Shown here: positions 33,128 through 40,311 of the stretch, piece by piece
Layout of the letters: each line of letters begins with the position of its first letter
Position numbering within the stretch: position 1 is the first letter of the stretch
NCBI GenBank assembly: GCA_964501755.1
Contig: CAZCTF010000002.1
Span: 1-40,311 of the forward strand
Direction: 5' to 3'
Length of the DNA: 40,311 nt
Origin: an uncultured Bdellovibrionales bacterium
GTDB taxonomy: Bacteria; Patescibacteriota; Minisyncoccia; Moranbacterales; UBA1568
Notes under the pieces: model-generated
Told to the model about the DNA's origin: nothing
Databases searched by the model: none
Seen by the model: only the letters and a program-made list of their open reading frames with translations
Translations under genes and position numbers: made by a program

Positions 33128-33601
33128 ATGAATACTCTACCTATAATCGGGAAACTCGCGCCGGCCTTCAGTCTGACGGATCAGGCGGGGAAACAGCATA
33201 CCCTGAAGCAATATCGAGAGAACTGGATAGTGCTGTATTTTTACCCCAAAGACGATACACCAGGGTGCACAATCGAAGCCTGTAGCTTTCGGGATAATTT
33301 CGAAGCATTGAAAAAAGCTGGGGCGGTGATATTGGGCGTCTCAATTGATCCAGTGAGGAAGCATGCCAAGTTCGTTGAGAAATACGCCTTACCTTTCTCG
33401 CTCCTGTCGGATGAGGGGAAACAAGTCGTCGAATTGTATGGGGTGTGGGGGAAGAAGAAATTTATGGGCCGGGAGTATATGGGGACGAATCGAGTTTCAT
33501 TTTTGATTAATCCCAAGGGCAAGATTGTGAATATCTATGACCCAGTAAAGCCAGTGCGCCATGCCGAAGCCGTGCTTAGTGATATTTTGCGAGCCCATTA
33601 A
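33128..33601 (+). CDS. bcp: Thioredoxin-dependent thiol peroxidase (peroxiredoxin Bcp)
   Basis: APAFSLTDQAGK...VLYFYPKDDTPGCTIEACSFRD carries the peroxidatic and resolving Cys context of Bcp/PrxQ. Confidence 0.9.
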   Translation: MNTLPIIGKLAPAFSLTDQAGKQHTLKQYRENWIVLYFYPKDDTPGCTIEACSFRDNFEALKKAGAVILGVSIDPVRKHAKFVEKYALPFSLLSDEGKQVVELYGVWGKKKFMGREYMGTNRVSFLINPKGKIVNIYDPVKPVRHAEAVLSDILRAH

Positions 33602-33611
33602 TTCTCTCCCT

Positions 33612-34988
33612 ATGCGCTTTCTGGCACAGCAAAAGCCACCCAAGAACACCGTCATGGTTGGGTTTCGGGCGGGGCAGCAGGAAGACTTTCAAACCGAGGT
33701 GGATGGCCGAATGAGTTTGGTCATCGGTTTTGATGCGACGAAGAAGCTGAGTCGTCGTGATCTTTTGCTGATCATCCGTCGGATTGTCAGTGTGGCAAAT
33801 GGTAAAAAAATGCAAAGCTTGGCAATCAATTTTTCCGAGGTGAAAATACTCGCGAAGCGGCTTACAATCCGGGATGAGGAATTGGCGGAGCTTGTAGCGA
33901 CCAATCTCATCCTTGCTGATTATGTCTTTGAGGAATACAAGACGCCGCCCAAAGGAGGATTTGCACATGTGAAAAGTATCTATGTACTGGGTGCGAATCG
34001 GCAATCTCTCCAAGCCGCCATTCGGCGCGGGGAAATTATCGCTCGCGAAACCAATCGTGCCCGTCACATCGCGACGATGCCGGCAGGGGAGATGACGCCA
34101 GATATCCTAGCTCGGCATGCACGACAAGCGGTGCGTTCCCTGCCGGTTCGCGTCACTGTGTGGAACGATGCTGAGATCCGGCGGCGGGGTATGGCGGGGA
34201 TTATCGCGGTGGGTCAGGGCTCGGCCGCCAAGCCGCGTTTCATCATTCTTGATTATCGAGGAGGGAAAAAGAGCGAACGACCGATCGTGCTTGTCGGAAA
34301 GGGGGTCACCTTTGATGCCGGCGGCATTAATTTGAAGCCGACCAATGCTATCCTCGGAATGAATATGGATATGTCTGGTGGAGCGAGCGTCATTCATACC
34401 GTTGCGGCGTGTGCACGATTGCGGGTGAAGAAAAATCTGATCGCGCTTATCCCGGCGGTGGAAAATATGATTTCGGGAGAAAGCTATCGCCCTGGGGACA
34501 TCATCCGCACGCTGTCTGGAAAGACAGTAGAGGTACAAGACACGGATGCCGAGGGGCGAATTATTCTTGCCGATACGCTAACATGGGCGGGTCGTTATGA
34601 TCCACGGCTCGTAATCGATGTTGCGACGTTGACGGGCTCAGCGGTGGTCGCGCTTGGGGAGCGGAGCTCAGCACTCTTTACCGAAGATGAGGCTCTCGAG
34701 GTGAAGCTGCGACATATCGGACTCGCGGTAGGGGATCCGGTCTGGCCACTCCCGCTTTGGGATGAGTACCTCGAAGACATCAAAGGGATCCATGCTGATA
34801 TCAGCAATGTCGGAAGTTCGAGATGGGGAGGCGCGATTACAGCCGCTATGTTTTTGAAACAATTCGTTACCTATCCCTGGGCACATCTTGATATCGCTCC
34901 GCGCATGACCACCATCCAGGGAGAATACCTCGCCAAGGGTTCATCTGGAGCAGGGGTGCAGCTTCTCGTGCAATACCTTTCCCGGTAA
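33612..34988 (+). CDS. pepA: Leucyl aminopeptidase (M17 family)
   Basis: VGKGVTFDAGGINLKP, MDMSGGA, VQDTDAEGRIILADTL and ATLTGS motifs. Confidence 0.9.
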   Translation: MRFLAQQKPPKNTVMVGFRAGQQEDFQTEVDGRMSLVIGFDATKKLSRRDLLLIIRRIVSVANGKKMQSLAINFSEVKILAKRLTIRDEELAELVATNLILADYVFEEYKTPPKGGFAHVKSIYVLGANRQSLQAAIRRGEIIARETNRARHIATMPAGEMTPDILARHARQAVRSLPVRVTVWNDAEIRRRGMAGIIAVGQGSAAKPRFIILDYRGGKKSERPIVLVGKGVTFDAGGINLKPTNAILGMNMDMSGGASVIHTVAACARLRVKKNLIALIPAVENMISGESYRPGDIIRTLSGKTVEVQDTDAEGRIILADTLTWAGRYDPRLVIDVATLTGSAVVALGERSSALFTEDEALEVKLRHIGLAVGDPVWPLPLWDEYLEDIKGIHADISNVGSSRWGGAITAAMFLKQFVTYPWAHLDIAPRMTTIQGEYLAKGSSGAGVQLLVQYLSR

Positions 34989-34999
34989 TTTTTTTTGAG

Positions 35000-35027
35000 T
35001 TGCGAATTTTGAATCATGGGGTATACT
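35000..35027 (+). promoter_or_regulatory. Sigma70-like promoter of the candidate sRNA
   Basis: TTGCGA (35000..35005), 16-nt spacer, TATACT (35022..35027). Confidence 0.5.
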
Positions 35028-35032
35028 GGAAG

Positions 35033-35153
35033 TGCCAAACTCCTTCCACCCCACTACCAACTATTGCCGCTGACGCCCCAATACTTGGTCCCGTGGAAGG
35101 ACCGGCACTCGCGAGATGAGGCTGCACAACGTTGCACCTCTCTTTTTCTTTTC
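35033..35153 (+). ncRNA. Candidate structured small RNA (about 120 nt) between pepA and mraZ
   Basis: A 77-nt extended hairpin starts at the predicted TSS. Pairs are GTGCC/GGCAC (35032..36 with 35104..08), CCTTCCA/TGGAAGG (35042..48 with 35094..100), ACCAA/TTGGT (35056..60 with 35085..89) and TATTG/CAATA (35062..66 with 35079..83), with a 12-nt loop CCGCTGACGCCC. A terminator hairpin follows: GAGG(C)TGCA-caacgt-TGCACCTC (35118..35140) plus TCTTTTTCTTTTC. No ORF. Confidence 0.5.
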
Positions 35154-35180
35154 TGGACAAGAGCTATTTTTTGAATAGAG

Positions 35181-35202
35181 CGCCGTTTGAGCGGCGTTTT
35201 TT
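35181..35202 (+). terminator. Second (tandem) rho-independent terminator
   Basis: CGCCG (35181..35185), loop tttgag, CGGCG (35192..35196), then TTTTTT. Confidence 0.65.
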
Positions 35203-35220
35203 GGCTTTTTAAAAGGGTAT

Positions 35221-35249
35221 TTGCAGGTTTTTTAAAAGTGGAATAGAAT
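35221..35249 (+). promoter_or_regulatory. Promoter of the mraZ/dcw operon
   Basis: TTGCAG (35221..35226), 17-nt spacer, TAGAAT (35244..35249), about 77 nt upstream of the mraZ ATG. Confidence 0.55.
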
Positions 35250-35292
35250 GGGTAGTAAGAACAGTGAAGTGGTGAAATGTGGTGAATTTCAC
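35234..35292 (+). promoter_or_regulatory. GTGG-box direct repeats, candidate MraZ operator
   Basis: AAAGTGG (35235..41), GAAGTGG (35266..72) and AATGTGG (35276..82). The last two are 10 bp apart within GTGGTGAAAT/GTGGTGAATT. Palindrome GTGAAtTTCAC at 35282..35292. Confidence 0.45.
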
Positions 35293-35326
35293 GAAAACAC
35301 TCCCACTGTTCGATTTTGCCACGCTT

Positions 35327-35761
35327 ATGTTCATCGGCGAGTACCAACATTCGATCGATCCCAAAAAGCGCCTGGCGCTTCCTTCGAAATTTCGTGGGGA
35401 GCTCGGCACTCGGGTCGTTGTGACACGGGGGCTCGACCACTCGCTCTCGGTCTATCCGATGAAAGTCTGGGAGGAACTCGCTGGAAAGCTCGGCGCATTG
35501 CCAGTCGGCGAGACGGGGACACGCAGTTTCACACGGCTCATGCTCGCCGGTGCGACTGATTGCGAGCTCGATGCTCAGGGGCGTGTTCTCATTCCCGAAT
35601 ACCTCAAGACCGAGGCGGGACTGAAGAAGGAAGTCACCGTTGTTGGGCTGTACAATCGGCTCGAGATCTGGGACACAAAAGAGTGGCAGAAGTACAAACA
35701 CCAAGCTGAAAAGAACACCGAAAAGATTGCTAACGAACTCGGCAAGCTCGGTGTCTACTAG
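35327..35761 (+). CDS. mraZ: Transcriptional regulator MraZ
   Basis: MFIGEYQHSIDPKKRLALPSKFR and a second SpoVT/AbrB-like repeat (ELDAQGRVLIPEYL). The ATG at 35327 matches canonical MraZ N-termini. Confidence 0.9.
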   Translation: MFIGEYQHSIDPKKRLALPSKFRGELGTRVVVTRGLDHSLSVYPMKVWEELAGKLGALPVGETGTRSFTRLMLAGATDCELDAQGRVLIPEYLKTEAGLKKEVTVVGLYNRLEIWDTKEWQKYKHQAEKNTEKIANELGKLGVY

Positions 35762-35784
35762 TTTCGAATACGTACCTCAACAAT

Positions 35785-36714
35785 ATGGAACAGCACTATA
35801 CGGAGCATATCCCGGTCATGCTCGCGCCCGTACTTGCTACGCTGGCGCTTCAGCCCGGGATGCGGGTCGTGGATGCGACCTTGGGAGGCGGCGGGTATAC
35901 TCGTGCGCTGCTTGAGGCTATTGGTCCAGAAGGACGGATGATCGCACTCGACTGGGACAACAGCGCTCTCGAACGCTTTCGGATCCGAGCAGAGAAAGAC
36001 GTCTTGCTCCAAGAGGCACTCAAGACAGGACGGCTCGTCCTTGTGTGTACCTCATATGCGGAACTCCTTGAGACACTTCGATCGTACGATTGGTCTGGAG
36101 CAGACAGGATCGTCGCTGACCTTGGTCTCTCGAGCGACCAGCTCGCCGATCCGAAGCGTGGCATCACCTTTCAGTCCGATGGGCCGCTCGACATGCGGCT
36201 CAACTCGAGCGAGACGGTCAAGGCCGAGCATCTTCTCAACCAGTTGGATGAGGTATCGCTCGCTGATCTCTTTGAAACCTATGGTGACGAGCCGGAAGCG
36301 AAACGGATCGCTGCGGCTGTCGTAGCGGCGCGGCAATCGACTCCGCTCCGGACAACGACGGAACTCCGCGAGCTCATCTGGGCAAATGTCGTCCCAGCGC
36401 GCCGCAGGGGCAAGACGCATCCGGCGACCAAGATCTTCCAAGCGCTCCGGATCGCGGTCAACAGTGAGCAGGCCCATCTCGAGCGATTCCTGTCGGCAAT
36501 TCCAGAAGCGCTTCATCCGGGTGGTCGTGCGGCCATCGTTACCTTCCACTCAGGCGAAGACCGCACCGTGAAGCAGCTGTTCCAGAAAAATATCCGTTCC
36601 GAAGCGCCGACACTGCGCTCTGTCACCAAAAAACCTCTGGTGCCGGACGAGTCGGAAGTCCGAACGAACCCTCGGGCAAGGAGCGCCAAGCTCCGGGTAG
36701 TCGAGCGGATATAA
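35785..36714 (+). CDS. rsmH: 16S rRNA (cytosine1402-N4)-methyltransferase
   Basis: HIPVML, VDATLGGGGY, DLGLSSDQL, RGITFQSDGPLDMR, FQALRIAVN, ITFHSGEDR and NPRARSAKLR motifs. Confidence 0.92.
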   Translation: MEQHYTEHIPVMLAPVLATLALQPGMRVVDATLGGGGYTRALLEAIGPEGRMIALDWDNSALERFRIRAEKDVLLQEALKTGRLVLVCTSYAELLETLRSYDWSGADRIVADLGLSSDQLADPKRGITFQSDGPLDMRLNSSETVKAEHLLNQLDEVSLADLFETYGDEPEAKRIAAAVVAARQSTPLRTTTELRELIWANVVPARRRGKTHPATKIFQALRIAVNSEQAHLERFLSAIPEALHPGGRAAIVTFHSGEDRTVKQLFQKNIRSEAPTLRSVTKKPLVPDESEVRTNPRARSAKLRVVERI

Positions 36715-36739
36715 GAACAACATCAAAAATAAAAATCAT

Positions 36740-37093
36740 ATGCGTCTCTACTCCGAGCGCACCATCATGAATACGAAAGCCGGCCGCGTCAAACGTTTCG
36801 AGGCGCATGCTGGTGCCGCCCATGTCGCGGTGATTGCATTTCTTGCGCTCTCACTTTTTTCTGCCGGCCTCTACGTCTATGCGGTCAATCGGAGCGCCGT
36901 ACAGGGCTATGCGATCCGAACACTGGAAAAGGACCTGAAGGAACTGAAGAAAGAGAACGCTGAACTCCGAGTGCGTGAAGCCGAGGCGAAATCGCTTTCC
37001 CGCGTTGAGGAGGGGAGCAATGAGCTCCGTATGGAAAAAGCTGATGCCCTGAGCATTGTAAGCATCCGGACGAACGAAATCGCCAGCCGCTGA
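36740..37093 (+). CDS. ftsL: FtsL-like cell division protein
   Basis: Single TM helix followed by a coiled coil (LEKDLKELKKENAELRVREAEAKSL), in the canonical position between rsmH and ftsI. Start could be the ATG at 36767. Confidence 0.55.
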   Translation: MRLYSERTIMNTKAGRVKRFEAHAGAAHVAVIAFLALSLFSAGLYVYAVNRSAVQGYAIRTLEKDLKELKKENAELRVREAEAKSLSRVEEGSNELRMEKADALSIVSIRTNEIASR

Positions 37094-37109
37094 AACTGAA
37101 TATGCCTTT

Positions 37110-38879
37110 ATGTCTGCGCTCCGCCGTGCGATCCGCCCTCAAAAAACCGCTCGAATAACGGAAGCCGCCTCGCATTGGCGGCTATACTTTTTCCGCGGAG
37201 CCCTCTTTTTAGTTGGTCTCGTGATTATCGGTCGCCTGTATGCCCTTCAGGTCGTTGGCCGAGAGAAATGGGTTGCGATGGCCGAGGAACAGCATATGGT
37301 CGCACAAGCGCTCCGGGCTGAGCGTGGCAGTATCGCGCTCCGGGATGGCGATCTCACCTATCCAGTAGCAGTCAATCGCGAATATAAACTCGCCTATGTC
37401 ATCCCAAAGTTGGTGGAGGATGTCGCTGGGACCGCTATCACTTTGTCGGCGGTACTTGGGGTAGACGAGGCGTTGATTCGGGATCGGCTTTCCGATCGTG
37501 CTGATCCATTTGAAGTGATCAAGAAAAAGATCACGCCGGAAGAAGAGGCAAAACTGAAAGAGTTGAAACTTAAAGGGGTCAATTTCTTGCCGGAGATCTA
37601 TCGCTACTATCCGGGCGGTGAACTGGCATCGAAAGTGATCGGGTTCGCTGGCCCGAGCGATCTCGGTGAGATCGGCATCTACGGCGTTGAAGCTGGCTGG
37701 AATGGCGAGTTACATGGCCGTGACGGGACGCTTTCTCAGGAGCGCGATGCGGCCGGGCGCTGGATATCACTCACGGATCGCGATCATGTAGAGCCAGAGG
37801 ACGGCGACAGTCTTGTGCTCACGATTGATCGCGTTATCCAATACGAAGTCGAGAAAATCCTCGCTGAGTCGCGCGAGAAATTCAATGCCGATACGGCCTC
37901 CGCTATCGTGCTCGAGCCCAAGACAGGAAAGATCCTCGCTATGGCTTCGGTGCAACAGTTCAATCCGAACGAATACGGCAAGACCGAAGACATCGGGCTT
38001 TTCATGAATCCGCTCGTGAGTTTTCCATATGAGCCTGGTTCGGTGATGAAGCCGATCACGATGGCGATCGGCATCGAGGAGGGAAAGGTACATCCGAATA
38101 CGGAGTTCGTCGATACGGGGGTTGTCAGTGAAGCCGGCTACAGTATCCAAAACGCCGAAGGCAAGGTGTATGGGCGCAGTACAATGACGAAAGTCCTCGA
38201 GGAGTCGATCAATACTGGTGTCATGCATGTTGAGCGTCTTGTCGGTCATGCGGCGTTTCGGGATCGGCTTCGGAGTTTTGGCTTTGGCTCGAAAACCGGC
38301 ATCCGTCTTCCTGCTGAACATGCCGGAAACCTAAAGAATTTGGATAATGTGAAGTCAACCATTCAATTCCTCACTGCCTCGTTCGGCCAGGGGATTACCG
38401 TGACGCCACTCCAGCTCGCCGTGGCTTATGGGGCGCTCGCGAATGACGGTATCCTCATGAAGCCGCAGATCGTTGATCGAATCATCGATCGGAACGGCAA
38501 TATCCGTCCGGTGGAGCCAGAGGAAGTGCGTCGCGTTCTTTCTCAGGAGACGTCGCGAGAGATAGGGGAGATGCTCCGCAGTGTGGTTGTGAATGGTCAC
38601 GGGAAACGGGCGGATGTTCCCGGCTACCTGGTTGGCGGAAAAACAGGAACTGCACAGGTCGCGAAAAGCGGATCGAAAGGCTACGACGAGAATATTACGA
38701 TCGGCTCATTTTTCGGTTATGCGCCCATCAATGATCCGCACTTCGTAATAGTCGTGAAGTTCGATAATCCGAGGGATGTCCAGTGGGCGGAGTCGAGCGC
38801 GGCGCCGACCTTTGGTGCCATCATGCGGTTTCTCCTCTCGTATGCTAAAGTACCGACGACCGAACCGATAAAAAAATGA
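37110..38879 (+). CDS. ftsI: Penicillin-binding protein 2x/3-type peptidoglycan D,D-transpeptidase
   Basis: N-terminal TM helix, PBP dimerisation domain, and SVMK (SxxK), SIN (SxN) and KTGT motifs. Confidence 0.9.
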   Translation: MSALRRAIRPQKTARITEAASHWRLYFFRGALFLVGLVIIGRLYALQVVGREKWVAMAEEQHMVAQALRAERGSIALRDGDLTYPVAVNREYKLAYVIPKLVEDVAGTAITLSAVLGVDEALIRDRLSDRADPFEVIKKKITPEEEAKLKELKLKGVNFLPEIYRYYPGGELASKVIGFAGPSDLGEIGIYGVEAGWNGELHGRDGTLSQERDAAGRWISLTDRDHVEPEDGDSLVLTIDRVIQYEVEKILAESREKFNADTASAIVLEPKTGKILAMASVQQFNPNEYGKTEDIGLFMNPLVSFPYEPGSVMKPITMAIGIEEGKVHPNTEFVDTGVVSEAGYSIQNAEGKVYGRSTMTKVLEESINTGVMHVERLVGHAAFRDRLRSFGFGSKTGIRLPAEHAGNLKNLDNVKSTIQFLTASFGQGITVTPLQLAVAYGALANDGILMKPQIVDRIIDRNGNIRPVEPEEVRRVLSQETSREIGEMLRSVVVNGHGKRADVPGYLVGGKTGTAQVAKSGSKGYDENITIGSFFGYAPINDPHFVIVVKFDNPRDVQWAESSAAPTFGAIMRFLLSYAKVPTTEPIKK

Positions 38880-38883
38880 CCGT

Positions 38884-40206
38884 ATGACCTTGAAACAGAA
38901 AATGACAAAGCAATTGGCGACCAGTCTCGGCTTCATGGCGAAGATCGTTCTCCAAACGCGGAAACCGATCGTCGTTGGTATCACTGGATCGGTGGGCAAG
39001 AGCTCAGCGAAAGAGGCGATTGCACTTGTCTTGTCGAGGAATTATCGTGTTCGTTTTTCCCCGGGCAACTATAACAACGAATTCGGGCTGCCGGCTGCAA
39101 TTCTTGGGATCGACAGTCCAGGGCGCTCGATGATGCGTTGGGCGGGTGCGTACGTCCACACAGCACTGATTGCAGCACGACTCGAGCGCTACCCAGAGGT
39201 GCTGGTACTTGAGATGGGCGTTGATCATCCGGGAGATATGGACTATCTCCTTGGAATCGTTCGACCGGATGTCGCGGTGCTGACTCGAATTGCAGAGAGT
39301 CATCTGGCCAATTTTGAAAACCTCGGGCAGATCGCGAAGGAAAAAGGGAAGCTGATCGCCGCGCTCTCAGAAGAGGGTATCGCGATCCTGAATGTGGATG
39401 ATGAGCGAGTCATGCGACAGGCTGAACGAACCCGAGCAAAAATTATTTCCTATGGTTTATCTCCAAAGGCGAGTCTTTTTGCGGACAATATCCGCGTGCT
39501 CCAGGAAGGTGGCCGGACTGAAGGACTTTCTTTCAAGCTGAACTCTGATGGGAAGAGCATCCCGGTTCGCCTTCCGGCGGTCGTGGCCCGGCACCATCTG
39601 TCAGCCGTACTTTCGGCAGCTGCGGTCGGAACTGCTCTCAAGATGAATCTCGTCGATGTAGCGGCCGCGTTGACTGAGTTCCGGGCGCTCCCGGGACGGA
39701 TGAATCTCCTCAACGGTGATGCAGGGATTCGAATCATCGACGATACCTACAATGCCTCTCGCGTCTCGACTGAAGCGGCGCTTGCGACTTTGCGCGAGCT
39801 CATCGCTCCGCGCAAGGTGGCAATACTTGGCGATATGCTGGAGATCGGCAGCGGGTCAGATGAGACGCATCGAGCGCTCCGTGATGCGGTGATTGCAAGC
39901 GGTGCCACGGTCTTCATCGGGGTTGGGCAACATATGCGTTTTCTTGCAGATGCGCTCCATGGGACGAATTTTCCCGAAAAAAGCATCTACCACTATCCCG
40001 ATCCGCTTACCGCGAGGGATCGGCTTGCCGAACATATCCGGCCGGGTGATCTCGTCCTCGTAAAAGGCTCACAGGGGCTGCGTATGGAACTTGTCGTCGA
40101 GCGGCTCTTCGGTGACAATCGTGAGACTGAGAAAAAAGAGCTCCTGTGCCGACAATCGCGAGTGTGGAGAGAGACGCCGTTCACAGCGCCGTCAGAATGG
40201 CAGTAG
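38884..40206 (+). CDS. murF: UDP-N-acetylmuramoyl-tripeptide--D-alanyl-D-alanine ligase
   Basis: GITGSVGKSSAKE P-loop, NYNNEFGLP, LEMGVDHPGDM, IDDTYNAS and VLVKGSQG motifs. Confidence 0.88.
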   Translation: MTLKQKMTKQLATSLGFMAKIVLQTRKPIVVGITGSVGKSSAKEAIALVLSRNYRVRFSPGNYNNEFGLPAAILGIDSPGRSMMRWAGAYVHTALIAARLERYPEVLVLEMGVDHPGDMDYLLGIVRPDVAVLTRIAESHLANFENLGQIAKEKGKLIAALSEEGIAILNVDDERVMRQAERTRAKIISYGLSPKASLFADNIRVLQEGGRTEGLSFKLNSDGKSIPVRLPAVVARHHLSAVLSAAAVGTALKMNLVDVAAALTEFRALPGRMNLLNGDAGIRIIDDTYNASRVSTEAALATLRELIAPRKVAILGDMLEIGSGSDETHRALRDAVIASGATVFIGVGQHMRFLADALHGTNFPEKSIYHYPDPLTARDRLAEHIRPGDLVLVKGSQGLRMELVVERLFGDNRETEKKELLCRQSRVWRETPFTAPSEWQ

Positions 40207-40223
40207 TGAGACTGGACAGGGAA

Positions 40224-40252
40224 TTGAAAAATCGATTTTCTTGGCATAGAAT
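40224..40252 (+). promoter_or_regulatory. Sigma70-like promoter after murF
   Basis: TTGAAA (40224..40229), 17-nt spacer, TAGAAT (40247..40252). Confidence 0.5.
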
Positions 40253-40286
40253 AAAGTCGTAACCTTAACTCAACTCTAGGACGTGT

Positions 40287-40311
40287 ATGACAGACGAAGC
40301 ACGAGACAAGG
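40287..40311 (+). CDS. 5' end of a + strand ORF truncated by the window edge (MTDEARDK...)
   Basis: ATG lies 34 nt downstream of the predicted -10. Only 8 codons are visible, so the gene cannot be identified. Confidence 0.25.

Noticed and set aside
35033-35153. Identification of the candidate sRNA as SRP (4.5S) RNA or 6S RNA
   Set aside because: The apical loop is a 12-nt C-rich loop, not a GNRA tetraloop. The conserved domain IV strings (GGAAGCAGCC context) are absent. At about 120 nt with a single hairpin it does not match 6S architecture.
1-40311. tRNA, rRNA, integrase/transposase genes or prophage/island boundaries
   Set aside because: I found no cloverleaf-like T-arm/GTTCGAATC strings, no rRNA-like segments, no recombinase motifs and no abrupt composition shift. 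The window looks like core chromosome.

Overview
This is a 40.3-kb window from a compact, gene-dense bacterial chromosome. I call about 50 protein genes, roughly 90% on the + strand, with frequent 4-bp ATGA stop/start overlaps. I found no rRNA, tRNA, CRISPR array, transposase or integrase. Recognisable content is mostly housekeeping. DNA repair: uvrC, uvrA, xth, rarA, a GIY-YIG nuclease and a Cas4-like PD-(D/E)XK nuclease. RNA modification: rlmN, miaB, rsmH. A type IV pilus-like locus holds pilC, three pseudopilin/PilX-like genes and pilMNO. The start of a dcw cluster runs mraZ-rsmH-ftsL-ftsI-murF. Other calls include a malic enzyme, a DEAD-box helicase, an SDR oxidoreductase, a PQQ-type sugar dehydrogenase, Bcp, leucyl aminopeptidase, a CapA-like protein and many small DUF-type membrane proteins. 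The short UvrC, TRAM-less MiaB, patchy Shine-Dalgarno usage and many leaderless-looking starts fit a reduced-genome lineage such as Patescibacteria/CPR, but that is inference only. TGA is a normal stop codon here. The signals most worth follow-up are: (1) a leaderless Phe-rich 31-codon ORF with a 1:2 / 2:3 / 3:4 alternative-hairpin layout resembling a leader-peptide attenuator, upstream of a small Cys-rich protein (32834..33060, minus strand). (2) A 12-nt motif CTTCTAACGGGG present as inverted pairs in three intergenic regions and abutting -35 boxes, including the uvrC divergent promoter region. (3) Two orphan promoter-to-terminator units that look like small RNAs (35033..35153 +, 5436..5588 -). 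(4) A full-length DUF1905 gene interrupted by a single in-frame TGA. (5) A pilus locus with unusually large pseudopilins and no ATPase, major pilin or prepilin peptidase in the window. All functional calls rest on motif recognition by eye; no database search was possible.
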